Assembly: GCA_963789955.1 (NCBI GenBank)
Contig: CAWBMV010000012.1
Coordinates: 224,001-288,000 of the forward strand
Source of the DNA: an uncultured Candidatus Rokubacteria bacterium
GTDB lineage: Bacteria; Methylomirabilota; Methylomirabilia; Rokubacteriales; CSP1-6
Length of the DNA stretch: 64,000 nucleotides
Direction of reading: 5' to 3'
The position numbers and the translations under genes are program-made. Below are positions 18,699 to 31,525 of this stretch, piece after piece. The notes under the pieces are model-generated. The model had not been told where the DNA came from and ran no database searches. It saw only the letters and a program-made list of their open reading frames with translations. Every line of letters starts with the position of its first letter. Positions within the stretch are counted from its first letter, which is position 1.

Positions 18699-21066
18699 TC
18701 ACTCGGTCACGCCCTTTTCGCGCAGGAGCTTCCACACCTTCGCGGGCGTGATCGGGATGTCGATGTGCCGCACACCCAGATGCCAGAGCGCATCGACCAC
18801 CGCGTTGGCGATGGCGGCCGGTGCGCCGACCGTGGCCGATTCGCCGACCCCCTTGGCACCGAGTGGATGATGCGGCGAGGGCGTCACCGTGTGCCCGGTC
18901 TCCCACTTCGGCGTCTCCATCGCAGTCGGCAAGAGATAGTCGATGAAGCTCCCGCCCTGGATGTTGCCGGTCTCGTCGTACGAGATCTCTTCGAAGAGAG
19001 CCGGTGCCAGCCCCATCGTGAGGCCGCCGTGGACCTGGCCTTGCACGATCATCGGGTTGATGATGTTGCCGCAATCGTCGATCGCGACGAAGCGGCGCAC
19101 CTTGACCTCGCCGGTGCCCGAGTCGACGTCGACCACGCAGATGTAGCTGCCGAACGGGTAGGTGAGGTTCGGCGGATCGTAGTAGCTGACCGCCTCGAGC
19201 CCGGCTTCCATGCCCTGCGGATGATTCGTATACGCAGCAAAGGCGATGTCCTGAATGGTCTTCGACTTGCCGGGTGCGCCCTTGACCGAGAACTTGCCCG
19301 GCTCCCACACGAGATCGTCCTCGGCGACTTCGAGGAGATATGCGGCGATCTTCCGCGCCTTGTCGCGCACCTTGCGTGCCGCGACGGCTGCCGCGGCGCC
19401 GGCGACCGGTGTCGAGCGGCTCGCGTACGTGCCGAGGCCGTAGGGCGCGGTGTCGGTGTCGCCCTCCTCGACCTGGATGTCCTTCGCCGGGATGCCGAGC
19501 TCTTCCGCCAGGATCTGCGCGTACGTCGTCTCGTGGCCCTGGCCCTGCGACTTCGTGCCGAAGCGCGCGATGGCCTTGCCCGTCGGATGAATGCGGATCT
19601 CGCAGCTGTCGAACATCTTCAACCCGAGGATATCGAAATGCTTCGACGGGCCCGCGCCGACGATCTCGGTGAAGCTCGAGATCCCGATGCCCATCAGCTG
19701 GCCGCGCTTGCGCTTCTCGGTCTGCTCGCGGCGTAGGTCGGCATAGCCGATCATGTCCATCGCCTTCGTGAGCGCGCCGGCGTAGTTGCCGCTGTCGTAC
19801 TCCCAGCCGAGCGCCGACTTGTAGGGGAACTGCTCGGGCTTCACGAAGTTCTTCATCCGGAACTCGGCCGGATCGATGTTGAGCTGGTGGGCCATCAGAT
19901 CCACCATGCGCTCGATCGTGTGCACCGCCTCGGTCACGCGGAACGAGCAGCGATACGCGATGCCGCCGGGCGGCTTGTTGGTGTAGGCGCCGTCGACCTC
20001 GACGTGCGCGGCCTTGAGATCGTACGAGCCGGTGCACACGTGGAAGAGGCCCGCCGGGAACTTCGACGGGTTGGCGGCGGCGTCCGTGTAGCCGTGGTCG
20101 GCCAACGTCTTGATGCGCAGCGCGGTGAGCGTGCCGTCCTTCTTCGCCGCCAGCTCGGCGGTGATGTGGTAGTCGCGTGCGAACGAGTCCGCCTGCAGGT
20201 TCTCCATGCGGTCCTCGATCCACTTCACGGGCTTGCCGGTGAGCACCGAGGCCGCGACGGCGATGACGTAGCCGGGATAGACCGGCACCTTGCCGCCGAA
20301 GCCGCCACCGATGTCGGGCGAGATGATCCGGATCTTGTGCTCGGCCAGACCGACGTGCCCGGCTGACCAGCGCGAAGACCGTGCGGATCGCGTGCGGCGC
20401 CTGGGTCGTCATCCAGACCGTGAGCTTGTCCATCACCTTGTCGAAGTGCGCGACGCAGCCGCAGGTCTCGATCGACGCGACGTGGATGCGCGGGAGATAG
20501 ATGTCTTCCTTCACGGTGACCGCGGCTTCACTGAAGGCGCGATCGGTGGCGCCCTTGTCGCCCCACTCCCAGTGCCAGATGTGATTGTCCTTCTTGTCCT
20601 TCTTGTCGGTGCGCAGTACCGGCGCGCCCGGCTCGAGCGCTTTCCTGGGATCGATGACGACGGGCAGGGGGTCGTACTCGACCTCGACCGCCGCGGCGCC
20701 GTCGGCGGCGGCGTAGCGGCTCGTGGCGAGCACTGCCGCGACTTCCTGCGCCTGGTACATCACCTTCTCGACCGGCAGCACCATCTGCGTGTCCGACATC
20801 AGCGTCGGCATCCAGTGCAGGTTGTACTTCGCGAGGTCCTGGCCGGTGATCACCGCGAGCACGCCCTTGACGGCCATCGCCTTCGCGGTGTCGATCTTCA
20901 CGATCTTCGCGTGCGCGTGCGGGCTCCGGACGATGTCGAGATAGAGCATCCCCGGCAGCTGGACGTCGTCGACGTAGGTGCCTCTGCCGCGGATGAAGCG
21001 CGGATCTTCCTTGCGCCTGATCGAATGCCCCATGCCTCCGACTTCGGGCGTGGTCTTGAGGTCCAT
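18699..21066 (-). CDS. coxL: Aerobic carbon monoxide dehydrogenase large subunit, form I (frameshift near 20365)
   Basis: RKEDPRFIRG N-terminus; diagnostic AYRCSFR active-site loop; AKGVGE. Confidence 0.95.
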
Positions 21067-21539
21067 TAGGCGCCTCCCTGCGAAATCGCGGCCGCCGCGT
21101 GCTGGACAGCCTTGACGATGTTCACGTAGCCGGTGCAGCGGCAGAGGTTGCCCGAGATCGCCCAGCGGATATCGTCTTCACTGGGCTTGGGGTGTTTCTT
21201 CAAGAAGGCGAAGCTGGTCATCAGCATACCGGGCGTGCAGTAACCGCATTGCAGCCCATGCTCGGCCATGAACCCTTCCTGCAGCGGATGGAGCTTGCCG
21301 TCCTGCTCGAGTCCTTCCACCGTCATCAGCTGCTTGCCCTGAGCCTGCACGGCGAAGATCGTGCACGACTTCACCGGTCGGCCGTCCATGAGGACGGTGC
21401 AGGCGCCGCAATGGGTCGTATCGCAGCCGATGTGGGTGCCGGTCAGCCGCAGTACCTCGCGGATCATGTGCACCAGCAGCAGGCGTGGCTCGACGTTTGC
21501 CTCGTGCTTCTCGCCGTTGACCGAGAGCTTCACCAGCAT
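21066..21539 (-). CDS. coxS: CO dehydrogenase small (2Fe-2S) subunit
   Basis: [27 protein letters not shown]. Confidence 0.95.
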   Translation of the reverse strand: MLVKLSVNGEKHEANVEPRLLLVHMIREVLRLTGTHIGCDTTHCGACTVLMDGRPVKSCTIFAVQAQGKQLMTVEGLEQDGKLHPLQEGFMAEHGLQCGYCTPGMLMTSFAFLKKHPKPSEDDIRWAISGNLCRCTGYVNIVKAVQHAAAAISQGGA

Positions 21540-21543
21540 CGTC

Positions 21544-22419
21544 TTATCTCCTGCTCCCGGCGCGCTCGACGGCTTTGCGGAGCGCGCGGGCTGTCAGTAC
21601 GCGGACGAGATCCTTCTTGTACTCGACGGAACCGCGCAGGTCGGCCGAGGGTTCCGCCGCCTGGGCGGCGAGCTCGGCGGCCTGCTTGATCGCCGACTCG
21701 TCCAGCGCTTTGCCTTTCAGGGAAGCCTCAGCCTTCGTGGCCTTGATCGGCGTCAGGCCCACGTTGGTCAGCCCGATGCCGACCTGCTCACAGGCGCCGT
21801 TCGCACCGAGCGTCACCTGCACCGCGACCGCCGCCGTGGCGAAGTCGCCGACCTTCCGCTCGAGCTTCAGGTAGGCGCCGCCGCTCCGCGCGGGTGGGAC
21901 GGCGATCCGGATCTCTACGAGGATCTCGTCGGGCTTGAGGCCGGTCTCGAACGGACCCGTGAAGAATGTCGCGATCGGCATGCGGCGTTCGCCCTTGGGA
22001 CCGACGGCGACGATCTCGGCGCCGAGCGCCAGCATCGTGGCCGGATGATCGTTGGCCGGGTCGCCGTGGGCGAGGTTGCCGCCGACTGTCGCCAGATTTC
22101 GCACGATCGGATCCGCGATCACCTTCGAGGTGTCGTGAAGGAGGGGATAGCGGGTCCGCACGATCTCCGATTCCTCGAGATCGGACTCACGGGTCAGCGC
22201 GCCGATCCGCAGAAACCCGTCGGCTTCTCGGATGCCCGACAGCCCGGGGATCGCGTTGATGTCGACGAGATGGGCCGGGCTGGCGAGTCGGAGCTTCATC
22301 AACGGAATGAGGCTCTGGCCGCCCGAGAGGACCTTGGCGTCCTCGCCGAGCTTCGTCAGGAGCGCCGTCGCCTCGTCGATCGTGCTGGGGGCGTGATACT
22401 CAAAGGCAGCAGGAATCAT
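21544..22419 (-). CDS. coxM: CO dehydrogenase medium (FAD) subunit
   Basis: [40 protein letters not shown]. Confidence 0.95.
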   Translation of the reverse strand: MIPAAFEYHAPSTIDEATALLTKLGEDAKVLSGGQSLIPLMKLRLASPAHLVDINAIPGLSGIREADGFLRIGALTRESDLEESEIVRTRYPLLHDTSKVIADPIVRNLATVGGNLAHGDPANDHPATMLALGAEIVAVGPKGERRMPIATFFTGPFETGLKPDEILVEIRIAVPPARSGGAYLKLERKVGDFATAAVAVQVTLGANGACEQVGIGLTNVGLTPIKATKAEASLKGKALDESAIKQAAELAAQAAEPSADLRGSVEYKKDLVRVLTARALRKAVERAGSRR

Positions 22420-22531
22420 CGTGGGGTCCCCTTCCAGGTCGGCCGTCGTCTGAAACTGAGCGCACGCTACCGAGCGGCGTCAGCCATGTCAAGCCGACGC
22501 CACCCGCGTCGCGAGGACGAACCGGCGCGGA

Positions 22532-23972
22532 TCAGTGATCGTGGCCGATGGCTTTGTGCAGCTCGGCGATCGGCACGATACGTCCGTGGAGCGGCAGCAC
22601 CTGATCGACCGCGAGGTTCAGGCGCTTGAGATTCTCCGACGAGGTTCACCGTGAACGGATTCGCCGCCGGGGGCGGCGGCGCGTTCGCGGCCAGCGGCGT
22701 GTAGGCGTCGGCTTCGACGAGGATCTTCTCCTTGGGCAGGTACGCCATGATCAGCCCGGAGTGGTGCGTGTTGCCGGCGATGTGCAGGAGCTCCACGGTG
22801 CGCGTGCCGTCGGTCAGCACGCGCTTGTCGCGCATGCCCTCGACCACGCCCTTCTTGCCGGACTTCGCCAGCCGGTCGGGGCGCACGGTGGCCGGCGCGG
22901 CCAGCGCCTTCTCGAGGAACGCCTTGTTCACGTCGTGGGCGATGACGGTCACGCCCTCCGCCGCGATCGCGCGGAGCCCGCCGGAGTGATCGAAGTGGTG
23001 ATGCGTCGCGACCACGTACTTGATCGGCTTGCTCGGCACGAGGCTCTTGACCTCGGCGAGCACCGCGGCCGCGCGATCGTCGTTGAGGGGACTCTCGACG
23101 AGGATCGCGTGATCCTTCATCTCGATCAGCGCGCTGTTGTGGCTGCCGCCGCTCAGAAACCAGACCCCGTCCGCCACCATCTGGGTCGTTACCCGCGCGT
23201 AAGGCGTTGGCGTCTGGCGGATCGGGTCGGGCACGGACGAATCGACGGCGACGTTCGGCTGGACGTCGTTCACGGTCAGCTCGAGCGCGGGGTAGTCCGC
23301 CGATCGTCTGCTTGATCTTCGTCGGGAACTTCACGCCGCCGAAATCCTTGTACTCCGAGTACCGGATCTCGACCGGGACGTCGCCGAGCACGGCGTGGGG
23401 AGCGACCGCGTCGATCTTCTCCACCAGATTCTGACCGTCGACCGTGGCCTTCACGCGGAACTTCCCGGGCACGGCGAACGAGATCGCGCGGCCCTGCACG
23501 GAGGCTTTGTTGGCCATCGCCGCCTTCACGACGCCGTGGGGCGTCGTCCACAGCTGGAGCTGCCGATCGATCAGCGCCACCGGCGTCGGGTTGACTACGT
23601 CGCCGAAGACGTTCCAGGCGAAGTCACCGCCCATCGACGAAGATCTGACGTTGCTCGCCGCGGACCGGCTGGCCGCCGCCGCCGCGCGGCGGGTCTTCGC
23701 CCTGCAGGCGCACGAGCTCGTCGCGCAGCGCGGGTGCTGTCGTAGCTCGCCGGCGCGTGTAGCTCTTGACGACGAACCGAGGCCACGGAAGATCCGGGCT
23801 GTAGTTCTGGCCGACCTGAAAGTTCATGCCCGTGCCGGAATACTGGATCGACTTCACACCGGCAGCGCCCATCGCCTTCGCCACGGCGTCGAGCGACGCG
23901 TCCTGCGCGGTGGCAGCAAGGGGAGAAAGTAGGACGATCGACGCCGGCAAGCCTGCTCAGGAAAGTGCGCAT
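22532..23972 (-). CDS. Exported MBL-fold metallo-hydrolase (several frameshifts)
   Basis: Signal-like start, THHHFDHSGG, LVEADAY, C-terminal VLPLHGR; pieces in consecutive ORFs. Confidence 0.75.
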
Positions 23973-24110
23973 GCAGAGCCTCCTGGGCGACTGGGTTGTG
24001 CAACGGGGATGGTGGCGGGATGCTAGCAGCGCCTGCGGCTGGCGTCAAACGCCGGAAGCGCGTAAAGTTCGCCTCGCAGCATCACTTCGTCGCCTCGAAA
24101 GGAGCAGACC

Positions 24111-24443
24111 GTGAGCACACAAGCCGCCGTCCCTACCGCCCGTGAAGTGGTCCGAGGTGTCGCGCCGAAGCTCATCGACCTGAGCGAGAAAGTGCTCTTC
24201 GGTGACGTCTGGGAGCGCCCCGGACTCTCCAAGCGCGATCGCAGCTTCATCACCGTCGCGGCGCTCATCGCCATGTACCGGACCGATCAGCTGCCGGGGC
24301 ACCTGGAGCGCGCCCTGACCAACGGTGTTACGCGTGAGGAAATCGGCGAGATCATCACGCATCTCGCGTTCTACGCCGGCTGGCCCGCCGCCATGACCGC
24401 CGGCACGATCGCCCGCAAGATCTTCGACGCGAGGAAGCCATGA
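24111..24443 (+). CDS. Carboxymuconolactone decarboxylase family protein
   Basis: LFGDVWERPGLSKRDRS, HLAFYAGWP. Confidence 0.9.
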   Translation: MSTQAAVPTAREVVRGVAPKLIDLSEKVLFGDVWERPGLSKRDRSFITVAALIAMYRTDQLPGHLERALTNGVTREEIGEIITHLAFYAGWPAAMTAGTIARKIFDARKP

Positions 24444-25381
24444 AGATCGGGTTTATCGGTCTCGGCACGATGGGACGCCACATGGCGTCCAATCTCATGA
24501 AGGGTGGCTATCAGCTCGTCGTCAACGACGTGCGGCGCGAAGCGGCGGCGCCCCACCTGAAGGCCGGCGCAACCTGGGCGGACACGCCGCGCGCCGTCGC
24601 CGAGGCGACGGACATCGTGTTCACGTCGCTGCCGGGACCGGTCGAGGTCGAGGCGGTGGCCCTCGGCGAGCAAGGACTGAGCGCGGGGCTCACGGCCGGC
24701 AAGATCTATTTCGATCTCTCGACCAACTCGCCGGCGCTCGTGCGGAAGATCCACGAGATCTTCAAGCAGCGCGGCATCCACATGCTCGACGCACCGGTGA
24801 GCGGCGGCCCGCGCGGCGCCGAATCGGGCCGGCTCGCGCTCTGGGTCGGCGGTGACGAGGACGTCTTCAAGGGCAACAAGTCGGTGCTCGACGCGATCGG
24901 TGATCAGGCCTACTACGTCGGTCCGATCGGCGCGGGCTCGGTGGCCAAGCTCGTCCACAACTGCGCCGGCTACATCGTCCAGACCGCGCTGGCCGAGGTG
25001 TTCACGATGGGCGTCAAGGCGGGTGTCGAGCCGATCGCCCTGTGGAAGGCCGTGCGGCAAGGCGCCGGCGGCCGGCGCCGGACGTTCGACGGGCTCGCCG
25101 ATCAGTTCCTGCCGGGCAAGTTCGATCCGCCGTCGTTCGCGCTGCGGCTGGCCCACAAGGACGTCACCCTGGCGACCGCGCTCGGGCGCGAGCACAAGGT
25201 GCCGATGAAGCTCGCCAACATCACGCTCGAGGAGATGACCGAAGCGCTCAACCGCGGCTGGGCCGAGCGCGACTCGCGCGTGGCGATGCTCCTGCAGGAA
25301 GAGCGGGCCGGCGTGCAGATCAAGGTGACGGAAGAAGCGATCCGGGAGGCGCTGGGGATCGACAAGACGCCACCGCGCTGA
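24440..25381 (+). CDS. NAD(P)-dependent beta-hydroxyacid dehydrogenase (3-hydroxyisobutyrate DH family)
   Basis: GFIGLGTMG, DAPVSGG, KLVHN, LAHKD. Confidence 0.92.
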   Translation: MKIGFIGLGTMGRHMASNLMKGGYQLVVNDVRREAAAPHLKAGATWADTPRAVAEATDIVFTSLPGPVEVEAVALGEQGLSAGLTAGKIYFDLSTNSPALVRKIHEIFKQRGIHMLDAPVSGGPRGAESGRLALWVGGDEDVFKGNKSVLDAIGDQAYYVGPIGAGSVAKLVHNCAGYIVQTALAEVFTMGVKAGVEPIALWKAVRQGAGGRRRTFDGLADQFLPGKFDPPSFALRLAHKDVTLATALGREHKVPMKLANITLEEMTEALNRGWAERDSRVAMLLQEERAGVQIKVTEEAIREALGIDKTPPR

Positions 25382-25441
25382 CGCGCGGCGATTCCAAGCG
25401 GAGCGTATGAGCCGGCGGCGCGTTACGCGCCGTCGGCGTCC

Positions 25442-25974
25442 TCACCTGGGCGTGAAGAAGTAGTAGTCCGCGGTGTAGTTGATGCGCGCCGGCGTCCCGG
25501 CGACCGCTTGCGAGCACCCGGTCGGCAGGGGCCGACGCCGCCGGCGGTATTGACGCGCTGGATGCTCCTGACCTTGCTGAACGAGCCGTCCGGGCCGACG
25601 GACTTCGCGGCCAACAGCAGCCAGGGGATCGCGTCGCTCGTCGGGGCGTTGGCACGCTCCTTCACCGTCCCCAAGATCTTGCTGCCATCGGTCGATTCCC
25701 AGTGCGGGCCTGCATAGTGCTTACCGGTCTTGTTCCCGCGCGCGTCGAAGAGATCGGCTTCCGGAGCCACGAACGCCCATTCGTATCCTCCAGCTTGATC
25801 CTTCTTCGCCAGGCATTCGTAGATCTGCACACCCTGTGCCCGCACGATCATCGACAACGACTCCGTCATGGCAGGCTTGAGCTTGTCCGGCACGCTGATC
25901 GTCGACGTCGGACCGGCGCAGGCGCCGACGAGAAGTACGAGCGAGACGGCGGTGACCCTGGTTGTTCTGGACAC
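25442..25974 (-). CDS. DUF3455-like lipoprotein (frameshift near 25520)
   Basis: Lipobox VGAC, AQGVQIYEC, GKHYAGPHWE, AIPWLLL, IQRVNTAGG, YTADYYF. Confidence 0.8.
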
Positions 25975-25979
25975 GTGAC

Positions 25980-27660
25980 TCAGAACGCGTCGGGCGCGGC
26001 GGCGATCGCGTCGAGCTCGGCGCGCGTGTAGGCGCCAAGGCTCTTGAAGTTCAGCTCGGTGTAGTTCTTGATCCAGCGCATCGCGATTTTCAACGCCTTG
26101 CGATAGCGCTCGTGAGTCTCGGCGCCCTGGCGTCGGGTGAGGATGTCGGCGAGCTCGTCGTTGAGCAGACGCTTGACCAGCGCGAAGTCGTGCTGCGTAC
26201 CGGTTCCGGTCTCGCGCGTTTTGTGGATGATCCGCTGCGCGATCTGCGCGACCGACATGCGCCCGGTCGCGAGGTCTTCCATCAGCGCGGGGTGGATGCC
26301 GGGCTTGCCCTCGAGGCTGTCGATGCCCTTGGCGCCGCGGCCGCCGAGCCAGCCCTCGACGTACTCGATGAGCATCCGCGCGTTGCGCCGCGTCCCCTCG
26401 ACGGTGATCGGGCCTTCGGGCGTCTTGATCGCGACCGGATAGTTGTCCGGGTTCGCCATCTGGTCGGTCGGCTTCCAGCCCGAGCCGATCAGCTTCTTGA
26501 ACGGATCGCCGGCGGTCTTCATGTGGAAGATGTGCGCGACCCAGCCGCGGATGAAGCCCTGCTCGGCCTCCCACTGCTTGTCCCCGCGGATCGCCTCGGC
26601 GGCGGCGCGATTGACCTCGGGGTCCTGGCTCGGCAGCGCGGTGGCCATGCCGCCGATCGGGACGGCGCCTCGCTTGAGGCTGATCGCCACGAGCCGGCGA
26701 AAAATGTTCGCCAGAAACGGCGTGGTCTTGATGTCGACGCCGAAGCGGTCCGGCCACACCTGGGCCGGGATCGGTCATCACGAACTCGAAGATCGAAGCC
26801 TTGAGGTCCCAGCGGGCGGCGTTGAGCCCGGCCGCGTACGGGCCGAGCTCGTACAGCATCTCCTCCATCTCGTACACGCACGGCAGTGACTCGACCAGCA
26901 CGACGGCGCGAATCGTCGCGCGGGCGAGGAACGGGAGCTGTCGCTGGCTCAGGTCGAACAGGTCGCGGTACCAGCGCGCCTCGGCGGCGGCTTCGAGCTT
27001 CGGGAGATAGAAGTAGATGCCCTGGCCGCGGTCGGCCTGAGCGCGCCCGGCGTAGAAGAGCGTGAGGGCGGTGCCCAGGAGCGCCGCGTTGACCGGCTTG
27101 CCGTCGATGGTGACGTCCGGCTCGTCGAGATGCAGCCCGCGCTCGCGGTGCATGAAGAACGGCAGATCGCCGTCGGCGATCTTGTAGTTCCGGTTCCGCT
27201 CCCGGTCCACGAACGTGAGCTCGCGGTTCACGGCGGCCAGGCGGTTGTGCGCGGAGCGGACGGTGTCGATCAGCCGATGGCCGCCCGAGTCTTCGTCGTC
27301 GTCCAGGTCGCCGGCGGCGCGCTCGCCCTCGGGCCCGGGATTGAGCGCGTTGATGAACATCGACGTGATCGAGCACGGCCCCGAGATCTCGATGCCGGGG
27401 ATCTTCAGATCGTCGGGCACCGGCGGCACGCGCCAGGTGCCGGTGTTGGCCTCGCTCGTCGGCGGATGACTCGGCGGGACGTGCTGCTTCAGCGCGCGCT
27501 CGAGGACCGCGAGCCGTCGCGCGCGAAGCTCGTGCGCGCGCGCGTCCAGCTGATCATGGAGTCGCGTCAGGTAGTCGCCGAAGGCGGGCGTGAACAAGGT
27601 CGCGGCCCCTTCGACGGGGGCGAACTTCACTCGCGTAGACACAATCAAAACTTTTCGCAT
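25980..27660 (-). CDS. Malate synthase family protein (frameshift near 26765)
   Basis: ERGLHLDE, YFYLPKLE, GLNAARWD, IGGMA, LMEDLAT. Confidence 0.85.
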
Positions 27661-27727
27661 GGCGACGGCGCGGCTGTCAATGGCAGAATGCCCGCAGCTT
27701 TCCGGAATGGTCAGACGATTTCGCGGC

Positions 27728-28114
27728 ATGGGCAAGGGGCGCAAGACCCGCCGCGCCCTCGAGCGTGGGGGCACCGGGCCGGCACAGCGACTGAACGAGA
27801 CGGTCGCCCGCTGGACCGGCGTCCGCATCACGCCGATGTTCGGGCGCTGGGGCTACTTCGTCGGCGACACGCTCTTCGCGTGTTTTCCGGTCCGCGAGAA
27901 GGAGCGCGATCTCTGGATCCGGCTCACGGCCGACGATCAGCGCCGCGCGCTCGCCGACACGCGCGTTCGCCCGCACCGTCGCTTTTCCCGCAAGGGATGG
28001 ATCGAGCTGGACGTCGAAGCGATCGAGGACATGGGGCGGGCGGTGCGCTGGCTCAGGCGCGGTTACGTGGCCGCGGGGCGCGGCGTGCCGGACGACTCGG
28101 AGGGCGACGACTAG
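27728..28114 (+). CDS. TfoX/luciferase-like small protein
   Basis: PMFGRWGYFVG, GWIE, WLRRGY pattern. Confidence 0.55.
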   Translation: MGKGRKTRRALERGGTGPAQRLNETVARWTGVRITPMFGRWGYFVGDTLFACFPVREKERDLWIRLTADDQRRALADTRVRPHRRFSRKGWIELDVEAIEDMGRAVRWLRRGYVAAGRGVPDDSEGDD

Positions 28115-29404
28115 GACGCGGCGTCCAGAGGCTCTTGGCGTCGATGTCGGTCGAACTTGACCAGCGGCATGAGCAGCCAGGTCAGCGCCGTCATCGCGGC
28201 CGCGATCCACACCAGCCATTCGTAGCCGACCACTTCGTAGAGACGGGCCCCCACGTTCTCGGAGAGCTGCACGCCCAGGTTGTAGACCGACATGAGCGCG
28301 GCGAAGAACGTCGCCTCGACCCGCGGCGGGCACGCCTTCGCGGCGAGGTCGAGGAAACGCGAGGTTGATGATCATGCTGAGCGCGCCGAACGCGACCGTG
28401 ATGATCAGCGCCGAGATCGGGCCGCGATAGAGGAGATACCCGAGAGTCGTCACGATCACGCCGAGCGCGATCGAGAGATGCATGATGCGCTTGAGCGGTA
28501 CGCGCCGGGACAGCGGGGCGTAGAGCAAGGCGCCGACGACGCCCGTTACGGAGCCCAGGGCGGCGAGCCGGCCGATGAACTGCTGGCTGAACTCGAGGGT
28601 GTCGGTCTGATAGTAGAGGAACGCGGGCCCGAAGGACGGGCTGAACCAGAAGAAGAAGATGAATCCCGCCACGACCCAGACGTCGCGGGCTTTGACCGCG
28701 GCCCAGATCGCCCGCGACGTCTCGAGAAAGGCGGCGCGGTTCGCGCGCGCGGGCGTCTCGCGCACGAACGACACGCCCATGGTCAGGGACATCAGCGGAA
28801 AGCACGCCGCGAGGAGCAACGCCGCGCGCAGGCTGCGCGTTTCCGCCATCTGGCCGCCGATCTCGCCCACCAGCACGGACGCCAGCGTGATGCACGCCCA
28901 CTGGACGGACTGAAACGAGCCGGTGAGGCCGAGCGGGCGTCCGCTCTCGACCATCATCGCGTCGGTGAGCACGTCGGTGAAGGCGAGGCCCAGCGCCATC
29001 ACCGTGAAGAGCCCGACGCCCTCGATTACCGTGAACGTGAGCCCGAAGAGGTCGAACGTCCAGATCTGTCCGGTCGCGATCCAGTTGCCCCACGCGAGCA
29101 AGAGCCCGGCGAGGCCCGCGACCGCGGAGGTGAGCAGGAAGTAGCTCTGCCGCCGCCGCCCGAAGAGCGGGACGAAGTCGGACAGGAGCCCGTACAGCGG
29201 CTTGATGACCCACGGTATGAGCGTGATCAGGCCCAGGTCGGCCACCTGGCTCGCGGTGAGGCCGCGGTCCTTGAGCACGATCGTGATGGTCTGATTGGGC
29301 AGGTACCACATGCCCTGGGCGAAATAGACGACGCCGAACAGGACTGCGAGCCGCTTCGCTTCTCGTGTCTTGAACGGGTTGAGCCGCGCGAGCGAGGCGC
29401 GCAT
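28111..29404 (-). CDS. MFS transporter, BT1/folate-biopterin-like (frameshift near 28355)
   Basis: YFAQG, PWVIKPLYGLLSD, FTDVLTDAMMVE, multiple TM helices. Confidence 0.85.
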
Positions 29405-29434
29405 CCGCGGTCATGATACCTTTGGTCGCACGCC

Positions 29435-31476
29435 ATGCTGTCGGTTTGTCCTCACGATTGTCCCTCGTGCTGCAGCCTCGTCGTGACGGTCGACGACGGT
29501 CGGCTCACGTCGGTCACCGGCAATCCTGAGCATCCGTTCACCCGGGGCGTCATCTGCGGCAAGGTGCGCGAGTACGCCGAGCGCGTTCACTCGCCGCTGC
29601 GCGTGCAGACGCCGTTGCGCCGGGTCGGTCCCAAAGGCGCGGGTGCAGCTCGTCCCGATCTCGTGGGACGAGGCCGTGGCGACGATCGCCGAACGCTGGC
29701 GGGCGATCATCGCGAGCCGACGGCGCCGAGGCGATCCTGCCGTTCTCGTACGCGGGCTCGATGGGCCAGGTCCAGTACTACGCGGGCCACCCGTTCTTTC
29801 ACGCGCTCGGCGCCAGCCGGCTCGACCGCTCGATCTGCGTCACGACGGCGTACGCGGGCTGGCGGGCGACCGTGGGGGCCGTCACCGGCAACGACTCCGA
29901 GCAGATGGTCGGGGCGGACCTGGTCGTGCTCTGGGGCGTGAACGCGTCGTACTCGACGATCAACGTGATGACGCTCGTGAAGCAGGCGCGGGCGCGCGGC
30001 GCCCACGTCGTCGCGATCGACCCTTACCGGACTCCCACCGCTCAGCAGGCCGACGAGCACTTGATGGTGCGGCCGGGCACCGACGCCGCGCTGGCGCTGG
30101 CCGTCATGCACGTGCTGGTGGCCGAGGGCCGGGTCGATCGCGCGTACGTCGAGCGCGCGACCCTCGGGTTCGATCGGTTCGCCGAGCACCTGCGGGCGTA
30201 CTCGCCCGAGACGGTCGCGCCGATCGTGGGGCTCGACGCCGAGACGATCGTGCGCTTCGCGCGCCGCTACGGCGCCTCGCCGCGGACCTTCATCCGCATC
30301 GGCATCGGTCTCTCGCGTCACGAGAACGGCGCGATGACGTGCCGAACGCTCGCGTGCCTTCCGGCGCTGACCGGTGCGTACGCCGATCCGCACGGTGGCG
30401 CCTTGCTGTCGAGTGGTGGCGCGTTCGGCTTCGACTACGCGGTGCTCGAGCGGCCGGATCTGATGCCCACGCCCGCGCCGCGGATCATCAACATGATCCA
30501 GCTCGGTCGCGCCTTGACGGATCCGGCCATGACGCCGCCGGTACGCTCGCTCTACGTCTACAGCTCGAACCCGGCCGCCGTCTGCCCGGACCAGACGCGC
30601 GTGCTCCGCGGGCTCGCGCGCGAGGACCTGTTCACGGTGGTCCACGAGCAGGTGATGACCGATACGGCGCACTACGCCGACATCGTGCTCCCGGCGACGA
30701 CCTCGATGGAGCACCTGGACCTCTACCGCTCCTTCGGCCAGTTCACGGTCCAGCTCGCGCGACCCGTGCTGCCGCCGCAGGGTGAGGCCAAGTCCAACTG
30801 GGAGGCGATCGGGCTCCTGGCCCGCGCGATGGGCGTGGCGGAGACGCACTACGCGAAGGGCGACGAGGGGCTCATCCGCGAATTTCTCTCGAAGGGCGAT
30901 CCCAGTGTGCGCTCCATCACCTGGGAACGGCTCGTGCGTGACGGGTGGGCGAGGGCGGAGCTCCCGCGGCCCTACATGCCGTTCGCCGACGGCGCGCCGA
31001 CGCCGTCAGGGAAGGTGGAGTTCTATTCCGCCTGGCTCGAGCGTCAGGGGCTTCCCGCGTTGCCGACCTACGTCCCGCTCGCCGAAGGCCCGGACAATCG
31101 CGAGCTGACGGCGCGATTCCCGCTTCAGTGCATCGTGCCGCCCAACCGGTTCTTCCTGAACTCGTCGTTCAGCCAGTCCGAGCTTCTCCGGCGGCGTCAA
31201 GGCGCGGCGACGGCGATGCTGGCGGCGACCGACGCGTCCGCACGGGGCATCTCTGACGGCGACAGCGTCCGGGTCGAGAGCCCGCGCGGGGCCGCGCGCT
31301 TCACGGCGCGCATCACGGACGCCACGCGTCCCGGCGTCGTCGTGATCGAGGGCATCTGGTGGCATCGCTTCTCGCCGGGCGGGCTCGGGGTCAACGCGCT
31401 CACGAGCGATCGCGTCGCCGACCTCGGCGGCGGGCCCGCGTTTCACTCCAACCTCGTTCAAGTCTCCAAAGCGTAG
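29435..31476 (+). CDS. Molybdopterin-dependent oxidoreductase (frameshifts near 29645 and 29715)
   Basis: CPHDCPSCC, RGVICGK, RPGTDAALA, TDTAHYADIVLPA, TPSGKVEF. Confidence 0.9.
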
Positions 31477-31525
31477 CGGCGCCGTCCGAGCTCGGAGAGC
31501 CGGCGGGGCGGTGCGGAGCTCTGGA

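Noticed and set aside
18670..21066. Split or pseudogenised coxL
   Set aside because: One indel near 20365 joins two fully conserved halves; consistent with sequencing error
25423..27831. Malate synthase-DUF3455 fusion (802-aa ORF)
   Set aside because: Artefact of the frameshift near 26765; the true malate synthase C-terminus ends at 25980 in another frame
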